The notes beneath the pieces were generated by a model. That model saw only the letters and a list, made by a program, of their open reading frames with translations, made no database searches and was not told where the DNA came from. Below, piece after piece: positions 11,900-23,617 of a stretch of 64,000 bases of DNA. Positions within the stretch are counted from its first letter, which is position 1, and each line of letters opens with the position of its first letter. The DNA lies in NCBI RefSeq assembly GCF_006345805.1, contig NW_021835998.1:147410-211409 (forward strand), read 5' to 3'. A program made the position numbers and the translations under genes. Source of the stretch: Octopus sinensis (Eukaryota).

Positions 11900-12275
11900 T
11901 TGAATAATAGATCCAGGGTGCAATCATCGAGATACCAAAGATTAAGGGGTGATTCATTAACCCGAGCAATGGCATCCACGACAAGAGCGAGCAGTAATGG
12001 TCTCAAAGGATCACCCTGTTGGACGCCACAGAACGAAGAAATGAAGATTAAAAGTGATGGAAGCGAGTACGAAAGCAATATAAAAAAGGAAGCAAGTGTG
12101 GAACACGGTCTTGACATACCTCCAACAAATGCCCATGGTCCAGAGAATTGAAAGCATTAGTTACATCCAGTTTCAATAAGGCAAGGGGAATATTGGAACG
12201 AGTAGAAGCGTGAATAAAACAACGACAAGCATGGACAGAAGACTCGCAGCCGCCAGGAACACCCACACCCAACTA
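11900..12275 (-). mobile_element. CRE-like RT core fragment
   Basis: LGVGVPGGCE, KLDVTNAFNS, GVQQGDPL, WYLDD. Confidence 0.8.
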
Positions 12276-12689
12276 AATGGTGATTTTATGAAAATAAATT
12301 GGTCTCGATTTTCGAATATTCATTCTATTGCTACAATACAACAATGTGTCATACTGCGTTTCAATTTAGCTATTCGTTGCAGGGAAATCAGTACCCGCTC
12401 TTGAGGTGATTTATCACTGTCTTTTCACGAGCCCGCACAGGATCGCACCAGGTGGGAACCTGTTTTCCCATAAACCGGATAGGCTTCTGAGCGCGTTCAT
12501 TTTTTCAAGAACGTTGTATGCGTGCGGGGTGAAGCAGAGGTCTATCCCTGGAACCGTCTGACTTCTGTAGAAGGGTACGGACACATTGGATGCTTTTGAG
12601 TTTTCTCCATCATAATACAATTGAAAAAAGGCAGATTTTTTTAGAATTAAAAAAGAATTTTGAAATATTAACACCCTACCGTCAATCTC

Positions 12690-13035
12690 CAATAAAAATA
12701 TATCTCAAAAATGTCTCTGGATTATCTTATTCCTATAAAGTTGAAGAGATAATCGCAAAACTGTATGCATTATTATTTAAAATTATGGGTAATGCCCATT
12801 CGATTGGAGAAAATGTCATCCATCCTTGTTTAAATTTATTTATAAAAGATATCTTACAAAAAGATTTTCGAATATTATAAAGACTATTCCATTAATTAAC
12901 GACACTATACGAAGAAGAATTAATAAAATTTCTTATGAAATTCAACAATCCTTAATTTTATTTCTCAGAGAATGCAAGTTTTCAGTCAAACTTGACGAAT
13001 CAGTTGTTGTTGATAACCAGTCAATTTTTATAAAT
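12690..13035 (+). mobile_element. hAT (Buster/ZBED5-SCAND3-like) transposase fragment
   Basis: AHSIGENVIHP..IPLINDTIRRRI..FSVKLDES. Confidence 0.7.
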
Positions 13036-13244
13036 ACTTTTACATTTTATAAATATTATAGGTCCTATCTCGTCTTGATAATCAGGTTTCCCAAGCCCTT
13101 GAGTTGCTGGTTAATATCAAATTCAAACCTGGTGACATATTGCGTGTCAATTTATTTATTCTTTTCGAGGGTTTCTTGGGGTGATTTATCTTTGCCATGT
13201 TACCCATTATCGTTGTCCGGTGCAGGACTACAATTTTGACGAAC

Positions 13245-13630
13245 GGGTTGTAAGAAGAGTGTTGGTAGAATTTTTCGCCATACTTTACTCAACGACTTTG
13301 TCAAATGGACTCGAGATTCGGCAGGTTTTTCCTTCACACTAGAGCCTGTTGGCCTTTCAGGGAGTGACGGTGAGCGTCCTAACAGGGTGACTACTCTTTT
13401 TTTAAGGAAGGCAAGTCCCTGGTTTGAGATCAATTTTCGACGACACTTCTTCTGCGATAATGCTGCCAAAGACTGGCAAGAATCCGGGCTTTGCCAGGGT
13501 TTAGACTGAAGAGTCAAAGAGGATGAAATACCTGTGTATTTTGGATGCTTTTGAGTTTTCCCCTTTCGCCTTTGAAACCTCTGGAATCGTGGACAGGCTT
13601 TACTCAACTCTTCACTGATAGTCGAAAAAA
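13245..13630 (+). mobile_element. Degraded CRE-like endonuclease fragment
   Basis: RHTLLNDFVK..LEPVGLSGSDGERP. Confidence 0.65.
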
Positions 13631-13753
13631 ACAATCGGATTTAAATTTTAGATACAACTGCGAGACGAGATGTAATTTTTGAAACAGGTGTGTTATTTGT
13701 TTATAAAATTCAAGATCAGCGTAAGAGTTTTTTCTGAAAAACTGAACACGAAT

Positions 13754-14272
13754 TTAATTAGTAGCAGAGGATAAGATGGAATGGCAATTCCCACACAAGA
13801 TGGCTATTGATATGCGTTGGAGAAGCCATGTCCGTTCCCGATGATCATTTCTCCTTCTGCTTGCCAGGTCCCCCAGTTTAATGAGGAATTTTTTAGTTCT
13901 GGGACCGAGGACTCCCGACGTCTCCACTGCGATCGGGGCAAAGATATGGCGGTGAGATAATGCACTGTATTTCTTGATTTTTAGCGTTTCGGCCAGGTTA
14001 GCTGGGGAGCCCGACTCTGTAGCTGACGTAAAGATGTTTCCGGCAGAGAAGGTGTCCGTGCAAGTTGCGTCCCAGATGAGCGACTTGCCATTTTCGAAGG
14101 GGAAAGTCGTTAGGCCGTCAGGACGTTTACCATCCTCCCGAACCAGGCCGACCGGTTCCAACTGCGATGGGAATCCAGCAGTTTCAAGGGTCCGCTTAAC
14201 TATGTCGTTCAGGGCAGTGTGACGGGGAAAGCGTCCGGAGTTTTTCTGGCACGATAATGGGTGCAGTCCAAA
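13754..14272 (-). mobile_element. CRE-like 3' end (RLE domain to stop)
   Basis: HPLSC..RHTALN..DGKRPDG..WDATC..PIAVETSG..LQRISIAI. Confidence 0.85.
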
Positions 14273-15199
14273 TGTGAAAGAGTTATTTAACGAATAAAAA
14301 ATGCTCATGACATACTCGTGGTCAGCCCCATATTTGTCTCAGTCAGCATGCAACTAAAAAAGAGCCAAGTAAAACCAAATTTCCTTACTCGTGTTGGTGG
14401 GATTGTCTTCATTGACCACTATAGGAAAGTACTGGCAATAAAAAGAGAGGACTCGCAGCCACGCCAATGATCAAGGAAGAATCTAAGAGTATCTTGAACT
14501 AAAACCAAGTTGGTGTCGTTTCTCCGGATAGGATTAACTCAAATTTAACGCCGTTTTTTTTCTATAGGGTGTAGTGGAGGTCGGTTTTTTAAGAAAATTT
14601 TTGAAAACGGTTATTACAATAACTGGAATACCTGCAAACTTAAAACAAAAAAAATAATTCACAGTCTGAAAAACAAACAGCAATTAAATATACACTTTAA
14701 AAATCTGATTTTTAAACAATATGGCCATACAAAATACATGTTAATTTTTTCCAAGCCCCCCTTTTAACCCATTTTTAAGAACGTTGGTAAATGTTGAAAA
14801 AGCAGAATCACGGATAAACCAACATAAAACAAAAATCAACGCTTTTTGTTGACTATCAAGAAATCTATTTGATTTTGGCTTAACCATTGAAAACAATGAT
14901 TAAAAATTGTACAAAAACGACTAAAATTGAGATAATAATTAGACTTTAAACTAGAAATAGAAAAATTATCAAGATTCCACATGCAATTCTCGCCTGATTT
15001 TAACCCTAACCCAACGAGGGCTTTGCTCACCCCTAGCCCTACCACAAATCCTAACCAATCTAAGCAATCCGTTCGGCTGGGTTAATTTAGTTATAAATTA
15101 CTATGTATTGTTTCATATTTAAATAAAGAAAACAAGAAAACATATTAAACAAAAAAAAAAAAAACTTCACGAAATTAGCGTTTAAGGGGCATGGGTGCA

Positions 15200-15900
15200 A
15201 GAACCACAAAGGTCTCAATAGAACCAGACACCAGGTGATCGTGCTTCTTTATGAAAATAAGCTCACTTAAATATGTCATTCCACAGAGCCTTCATACGAA
15301 CTAAGCACGTAGCAGATACAACCTCTCCTTATTTGCAGCCAGCACATGGAAATGGATTTCCTTTATTATCTACGGATCATACAAATCCATATCATTGCAC
15401 TCATGATGTTCAAACTCCACAATACCCACATAATAATTAAGCAATCAAATGAGAGACTCATTCAATGCATGGAATAAATTCATAACATTTAGACGATTTT
15501 TACATTACATTGCTGCCCGCTCCCGCACTTCCTTTATTATTTAGATCTTGGTTTCAGAGAGTATAAGCAATTTGGAGTTTTTTGTGATCCGAGGTATTTA
15601 TAACTTGCGAGGTCGGTCTTCCCACATAATCGTCCATCTGACTATCATCTCGAAATTTGGCTGTATTGGATTTGAAGTATTCATTTATGACATGACTCCA
15701 CGGTGTTAAGCAATTTATCGTCAAGAATTATCCAATAGTTTTCATCAAAATTCTGTTTCATTTAAAATTGTATTAGGCCATTAAATATTAAGTAAGGTTC
15801 GGAACTCTCGCTTATTGAATGAGTCCAGTTCTTCTTTGCTTGTGTCCCCGGGATTGTATAGAAGGATAGGAAAAATAAACGTTTCAAATATTCTTAGACG
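15200..15900 (-). mobile_element. Highly degraded R4-like RT fragment
   Basis: LLNYYVGIVEFEHHECNDMD..HFHVLAANKE resembles the 5190-5290 translation. Confidence 0.55.
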
Positions 15901-16647
15901 CAGTTTTATTCAAATTTGTTTTTTATCCATTTGACCAGGACACCAATTCCTGTTGGGACCACTTAGTCGCCGTTGGGGAGAACGCGGAAATGTATTGGGA
16001 GAATATGATACGTTATTTCGACAATTATGAAAATGTGGAGGTTAGGAAAGTATTGGGAAAGAGGGTAGAGTTGAGTCAAAAAATGCACATATTGAGAAGC
16101 GTCGTTGAGCTGACCCTCCTACTCAATTGTCCATTATTGCGGTTATAACTAATGAAGGTTCCCTCCTTCTATTTTTCAATAAAATATTTTAAAATAAAAA
16201 TATATTAATAAGCTCACATTGGATGACAATAAATAAACAATACGTGTGTATATTAAACGTGCATTGTGGTATGCTCTAATTTCTTTACATGTCTCATTAT
16301 AAATAATCATAATATAAATGCCCTACTTGAATAATCATAATATTCTGGATTTTAAACACAATTCCAAAATTATTAAAGACAGCGAAAGTTATGTGTCCTG
16401 TCTATACATGATGTATACTCATATTACGGTAAATCCTGAAAATCAAAATAATTGTGTTAATCATGTTGAAAATACATCAATGTTGGGGCATTTAACCGTC
16501 GAATAGAAACATTAGTTCACAACTTATGTAACCCGGTTAAAATACAACCGCAAAAATACTCCAACAGCAGATTTGTAAGGTTTTTTATCAAAAAATATGT
16601 TTATCATATTTAAAATACATCAATGTTGGGTCATTTAATGAGCTAAT

Positions 16648-17310
16648 AAAATGTTCACTCATAACTTTGTACCACTTGTAACAAAGTTATAGTCTTTTTA
16701 AAATATAAATTTCTAACGTAAGGTTTTAAAAAGAATATAATCGCACATTTTTATTATAAAATGTTCACTCATAACTTTGTGCCACTTGTAACCAAGTTAT
16801 AGTCTTTTTAAAATATAAATTTCTAACGTAAGGTTTTAAAAAGAATATAATCGCACATTTTTATTATAAAATGTTCACTCATAACTTTGTGCCACTTGTA
16901 ACCAAGTTATAGTCTTTTTAAAATATAAATTTCTAACGTAAGGTTTTAAAAAGAATATAATCGCACATTTTTATTATAAAATGTTCACTCATAACTTTGT
17001 ACCATTTGTAACCAAGTTATAGTCTTTTTAAAATATAAATTTCTAACGTAAGGTTTTAAAAAGAATATAATCGCACATTTTTATTATAAAATGTTCACTC
17101 ATAACTTTGTGCCACTTGTAACCAAGTTATAGTCTTTTTAAAATATGAATTTCTAACGTAAGGTTTTAAAATAAATACAATCGCACATTTTTATTATAAA
17201 ATGTTCACTCATAACTTTGTGCCACTTGTAACCAAGTTATAGTCTTTTTAAAATATAAATTTCTAACGAAGGGTTTTAAAAAGAATACAATCGCACATGT
17301 TTACTATGTT
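16648..17310. repeat. 110-bp tandem satellite, ~6 near-identical copies
   Basis: ATGTTCACTCATAACTTTGT recurs at 16651, 16761, 16871, 16981, 17091, 17201. Confidence 0.95.
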
Positions 17311-17752
17311 CATTATACTCACACTTATTTACGACACAATTCTTCAAGTCGGGAACGTCGTCATTTCTTTCTGTCTATTTCAGCTGGTATTTATGCATAT
17401 GCTAATAATCTCAAGTTTTCTCACTCGTCTCACACTAAGCTCATTCCACCAGGAGTATCGACGAGACCATTGCCAACATAGTAGCCCACATACATGAAGC
17501 GATGGAGTGATGCATTTTGAATTCTGCTGTTTAAATGACCACGAAGTACGCTTTTGTTCATAAAGCCCACATTTCATGCCACCCTAGATTACTTATTTAA
17601 ATTATATCAATTGACAAAAATTGAGTCATATTTTAAAATATTTTTTTGGTTGAGCCTGTAGATATGTCCGTTCTTTTAGCAACCTTCTGTCAAAAACTCT
17701 TTCCGATTATTTAATAACAGTTAAAAATACAAATCTTTACAATACCTTATAG

Positions 17753-18197
17753 AACGGGGGTGTCAAAGATACGGCCCAAATGGCCCGCGGTAAAAGTTTA
17801 AAAGTGTATTTAAAATCATTTAACACCAAATAAAAATACAAGAATCTAGATTCTAGAATATAAATAAAAATGAAAAAATTATTACTTAAAAAATAATTAA
17901 TTGTTTTTTGGATTTATATTATTCTAATTGTTTTTCTTGTCTTGTGCTGATGCCTTTTTCAACAAAACGCAAAGTTGATACAGAATGCAGATCTTTTCAA
18001 AAAAGTGGAAACTGGAATATTTCTTTGCCGATTTAAATCGGAAACCTACCTGTTTGGTCTGTAGACAAGAAATTTCAGTTGTCAAAGAATATAACATTCG
18101 ACGACATTACCAAACCCACCATGCTCATGAATACAATAATTTGATGGTAAAAATTAGAAAAGAGAAGAAATTGATGTCAAGTTTCTGGAACATATTT
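17753..18197 (+). mobile_element. hAT (SPIN/GTF2IRD2-like) left end and BED-type zinc finger
   Basis: Terminus-like GGGGTGTCAAA..CGGCCC; KKWKLEYFF..KPTCLVC..KEYNIRRHYQTHH. Confidence 0.7.
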
Positions 18198-19077
18198 TGT
18201 CGCAGTCCGGAAGCGTTACGGCGCCGGAAGCGTTACGCATGTAAACAAAAAAAATTAAAAATACGTAAAACAATAATAATTTCATTTGAAAAGAAAAAAT
18301 ATCTATAAATATTAATAAATTATGAATAAATTTTAATCATTTTATCAAGTGTGTATAATGCGTTTAGTGCAAATAACAAAAGAATCCCTACAGAAAATCA
18401 AGGAATTTCAAGAAAACCCCTGTGATCTTCTTTTGGAGGATTCATCGTCTCGGATGAAATGATTTAGGCTAGCAAAATTGGCTATGTCATTTGTTTTTGA
18501 AGGCGAAACGCCATTCATTTGGCACAATAATCTAAAATTACGTTTTTTTTGTACGGATGAAACTGAATTGAGACGCAAATTTGTTGAGGTATGTATTTGA
18601 ATACAATATCAATAGGTTGAACACAATATTAATCACTTTGTCGATCTCCGAAGATATTCGGAAATTAATGACTCATTTAATTGGGTATTTGCCTTCTCTT
18701 AAACGATTAGATTCTTGTTATTGTTGATTCTTTTTCGAAATATTCCATGGTCGAGTTAGCTTATTCAAAAAGCTCCGCTGAAATTACATCTCTATTTCAA
18801 AAAGTTTTTTCTACGTGGGGCCTCCATTAATACTGCATACGGACAATGGCAAGGAATTTTGTAATGCCCATATGATTCGGCTTTGTGAAAAGTACAACAT
18901 AAAGCATGTACGAGGAAGACCAAGGGCTCCCTGGATTCAAGGTCAGGTAGAAAGGTTATAATTTGACTAAATTTAAATGTTTATAGGCTCAATCAAAGTA
19001 TAAAAAGGTGGATATCTTCCAAAAGTTATTCAGATGGACATTTTGGACGAGACTGCGATATTATCAAAGACATCATA

Positions 19078-21662
19078 CACCCCTCGACAAAAAATTTGGT
19101 TATTTAATCTTTCCTGCTTTTTTTCATTTAAAAACGAATAAATTCATACTTTAAGATCCTTTAGATCTTCTAAAATAATATTTATTTTGTATTTATAATT
19201 AAAATAGATTTAAATTTTATTATTGCAAGAAATTTAAAGCATGTCGGCAATTAGGTTAGTGACATAAAAATTGGTTATAAAATTTAGTATTTAGAGATTG
19301 ATCTTAATAAAAAAATATTTTTAGATATAATACTCTCGATTCGTTTATGAAAGGGAAAATAATTGCGCTATACGACTTAAATATGTCATATATTAAAATT
19401 TCTAAAGAAACCGGTGTTCCATATTCAACAGTCGTAAATTTTATCAAGAAATACAATAAAACTGGATCATATGACCGCCAACATGATTCTGGAAGACCAT
19501 CAATTTGAATAATGTGCAAATTAATCATTTGGTACCCACATCAGAGGAAAATTCATCTTTAACTGCTTCTGAACTCTCTAATGAAATAGAAAAGTTTTCT
19601 GGAACACGTGTCTCGTCTCGAACCATAATACGAAATTTAAATAAAAATGGAATTTTCGCAAGAATTGCAAAGAAAAAACCACTTCTAATAAAAAAACACA
19701 TGGTTTCCAGATTCGAGATCGTCCAAAAATTTCTTCAAATTTCAGACCATGATTTTAGATCAATAATCTTTCCTGATGAATGTATTTTTGAATTATTACC
19801 GATCCAAAAAAGAAAAATTGTGTATAGAAAAAAATTTGAAATGAATAAATTCGAAAATATTACTCCAACTGTCAAATTTGGAAAAGGTAAATTATGATGT
19901 AATAAAAAATTAGGGAAAGTCATGGTGTGGGGTTGTTTTTCCTATCATGGGGTAGGCGATTTGGTATTTATAGACAAAACGCTTAATTCTGCAAAATATC
20001 AATCTATTTTGACCAATAATTTGCCATATTCTGTACAAAAAATGGGGATTGTTGACTATATTTTTCAACAAGACAACGCTCCCTGCCATACATCAAAAAT
20101 GATTATTCAATATTTTCGCGAAAAAAATATTAAAAAATTAGAATGGCCTTGGCAATCTCCGGATTTAAATCCGATAGAGCATTTGTGGGCTTATATGAAG
20201 GTTCAAATTAGGCAAAGAAAAAATGAGAACATTCAGGCACTGAAGGAAAATCTATTAGATATTTGGAATTCTATTCCATCAAAAACACTTGAAAATTAGT
20301 TGAGTCAATGAAAAAAAGGTGGTGGGAGATCTATTCGGCAAAAGGAGGTTATTCTACATATTAATCTCACAATAACCAAATTTTATGCCAATTAAAGTCG
20401 TTGTTTTTTCCAAATTTCTTAGACAAAATTTCAAAATTTAAATAATTAAATTAATTTTTATCAATTTTATCAGATTTTAAAATACAGTGAATACCCCCAA
20501 ATTCGCCAATTCTTAGATTCGCCTTTTTAAAAAAAAAATTCTAGTTTCAATGGAAATTCGCCAATTCTGAAATTCGCCACAATTTTTTAAAATTTTTAAA
20601 TAAAAAATACAAAAATATGGATAAATAATACATTTTTAAAAAGTTCTTGTTCGAGTTTGAAAAAAGACATGAATTCCGTCTGAAAAAATTGCATGGGCAG
20701 ATAAAAATTATGTTCTTTCCTAAAAATGCAATAAGAATAATTCAACCAATGGACTTGGGAATTATCAAAACATTTAAAGTGCACTTTAATAGGCACCAAT
20801 TATTTTATCTCACTATAATTTTGGAAACTGACAAAGTTTCGATTTATGAATCCTATAAACATTTAAATCTTAAGGACACTGTTTTTTTATAAAAATGGCT
20901 TTGGAAGACGTATGCTCGAAAACTATTGAAAATTACTTCAAAAACTGAAAATAATAGATTTTGATGAACAGTCTACAGATAAAAATTTAATTGATGAATT
21001 GATAATTAAAACAGATATTTATGATCCTATTCAAATTGAAAAATTCATTTCTATAAATTATTTAGAAGAAAATGCAATTAGCGAAGAAAGTAATTTCGAT
21101 AATGAAGATCCTGAAGAACAATCTGCAGATAAAAATTTTTCCTTCAAATGAACAAACAATATTTCATCTCACTAGAAATGAGATTGGTGTAAAATTAAAA
21201 GAAATTGAGAAGTCACTAATCGAAATAGTCGAAAACGAAGATGTGCGTCTATACCATTTTTGCTTGCAGATGACATTTGAAGTTTGTAATTGTCAAATTG
21301 ACTTGAAAATGGTATAGTTACTTCAATTCGAAGATTTGAGGAAAAAAATCAAAATACAAAGAGACAACAAACAGGACTGGAATATTACTTTGATAAAAAA
21401 GCATAATTCTTTGTTAAAATAAAATTAATTTTTTCAATTACGTCAATTTTGGCTGTTTTCGAATTATTAAACATTTCTACTCACATTCAAAAATTATTGA
21501 TTATATTCTGAAATTCGCCATTTCTCAAATTCGCCGCAAAAAATGACGGAACCAAAAATAGCGAATTTGGGAGTATTCACTGTATATCTGAAGAAAAAAT
21601 TAAATCATTCTTTCTATGAATGAAGTAAGTTGAAGATTCACCAATATTTATGTCGAGGGGTG
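19078..21662 (+). mobile_element. Tc1-like transposon (with nested Tigger)
   Basis: Ends CACCCCTCGACA / TGTCGAGGGGTG with TA flanks; TVKFGK|GKVMVWGCF across a 27-nt intron (19887-19913); QQDNAPCH, SPDLNPIEH. Confidence 0.85.
20485..21582 (+). mobile_element. Internally deleted pogo/Tigger element inside the Tc1 right end
   Basis: TIRs CAGTGAATAC(C/T)CCCAAATTCGC, TA flanks, IQPMDLGIIKTFK. Confidence 0.85.
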
Positions 21663-22329
21663 TATTTGACTACAACAATACTGTTCATTCTACTACACGG
21701 AATATCCCATTCTACATCTTTATGGGAATGCAATTTCCAATAAGAACGAGTGATGAAGAATTAGAACAACTCTACTGTGTCACTGAAAAATTTGACGATC
21801 TAACGAATTCAAGACAAGAAACATACTCAAATATTTTACAAGCTGCGGAAAAAATGGCACAGAGACGAAGATGGAAGTACGACGAAGAACCTTTATGCAT
21901 AGGAGGGGAGGTAATAATTAGGTTACAATATTTAAACATGTAATTTATTTAGACAAGAAAATGATGCGAATGTAAGGCAATATCCTTTATATGACGGATT
22001 ACACATGGAAAAGTACACGATCATCGAGAGGGAAGGCGACATATGTACGCTAGAAAGTGAAAGCGGAGAAAAAATGGAGAGAATTCACATCTACCGATTA
22101 ATTAAAATCGGAATGCACCCTACAAATACTTAACTTTTGTAAAGTGCGTAATAAATATAATTTTTGTTGATTTTTTTTGTTTTTCTGGTGGTTTATTATG
22201 GAATTGTGTATTGATACAAATTGAATTTTTACATATTCTTATATATTATGATGAACATATTTTCATTTTATTTTTCTATTTGCTGTTTATTTTTCATTAT
22301 TCATTATTAGTATATTTATTGCTATCTCA

Positions 22330-22760
22330 AGTCTTTTCGTATACCAAGGAAGTCGATTTGAAAGCATTCATAAATCCTGATAAACATTATTAACAGTGAT
22401 TAGTGCGTTTTCTGATTTGGTTTATGGAAATGTGCCAAAAGATTGCTCAATTTATCTGGCCATAACGTCATATTTTCTAATTATAAGATCAAAAAAGTCA
22501 TATTTTTAAGTTCAAAATTCTGAAAAATCTATACGAAGAGTTCAATGTAGTTCAGATACATGGAAGAGAAAAACAATCCCCGTACACAGAGGATTGTAGA
22601 ACGTTTAAATCAAATCATCACCCGAAAACTCTTCAAAATGATAGACACAGATGAAAAAAAGTGGCTGGAAATTCTCAAAAAGCAGTGTACTGTTATAACA
22701 AGCCTGTACACTCATTTTTCAAATCAGAGTCTTAAACGAATCCCCAGAGAAGGTTGGTTG
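22330..22760 (+). pseudogene. Degraded Ginger-like integrase core
   Basis: QIHGR..NNPRTQRIVERLNQIITR. Confidence 0.55.
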
Positions 22761-22764
22761 TAAA

Positions 22765-23559
22765 AATGTACAGGAACTTGGCTAGAGGGAGCCAGAGTAC
22801 CTTTGGAGGATATCATAAGATTTATTTTCTTGTGGGCCAATAACATATCATCGGTCAAAGTGTGTTCAGACAATTTGGGGTGGGCTGGGCATACGACTGT
22901 GAATTGGTTGATGTACCTTCGTGATATTTGCATACAATCACTCACATCTCGTCGAAGAAGGAAAATAGGTTAGTGTATATTTAAATAGTATTAGGAGGTG
23001 AAGGAATGATAGTCGAGATAGATGAGAGTCATTTCTCAAAACGCAAATTTAACAAAGGCCGAGTATTGCCCAAGCAATGGGTATTTGGAGGGATATGTCG
23101 AGAGACAAAAAGCTGTTTCCTTGAGATGATCCCAGACCGTACAATGGAGACTCTCTCAAATGCGATATTGAACAATGTTGAAAAAGGAACTATTTTAATA
23201 TCGGACTGTTGGAAAGGATATTCTTCGGAATTCCTTGAAAGTGCAGGATATCATCATTTAACTGTGAATCACAGATACCACTTTGTCGACTCTACTACGG
23301 GAGCATACACACAACACATTGAACGGTTTGAAATTAATAATTAATTAATAGTATGTGGGGGAGCGCAAAATGGCGCAATAAGAGACAGAGAGGGACTGTC
23401 CGCAGGCATATGAATAGCTACTTCTCAGAATTTATCTGGAGGCAAGAACACAAGAAACAGGAATTTAAGAAAATTGTCAAAGCTATATCAATATGCTGGC
23501 CACCTCAGACCAAAGTGGAGGATAAATTAGTTAAATATTTAAAAAAAATTAGTAAATAA
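22765..23559 (+). mobile_element. Merlin (ISXO2/IS1016-like) transposase, 5'-truncated, two 26-nt introns
   Basis: KIG|GEGMIVEIDES (intron 22969-22994), WVFGG, SDCWKGY, TVNH, TQHIER|MWG (intron 23326-23351). Confidence 0.85.
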
Positions 23560-23617
23560 TTCATTTTTTATAGTAATTAATTATAAAACACATATATTAT
23601 CACTGGAAAAAATAGTA

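Larger units (their letters stand above)
18198..22140 (+). mobile_element. Ginger-like integrase transposon (third family), decayed and interrupted by nested Tc1/Tigger
   Basis: Left end TGTCGC at 18198; VDLRRYSEINDSFNW|ILVIVDSFSKY, LHTDNGKEF, PWIQGQVER|LNQ, YNNTVHSTT; introns 18589-18615, 18685-18710, 18955-18986, 21922-21952. Confidence 0.75.

Noticed and set aside
16648-17310. CRISPR-like array (palindromic repeat at regular spacing)
   Set aside because: The intervening sequence is near-identical in every unit, there are no cas genes, and the context is eukaryotic; this is a satellite
17380-17580. GTPase fragment (LVDTPG on the minus strand)
   Set aside because: A single short motif followed by stops, with no P-loop nearby
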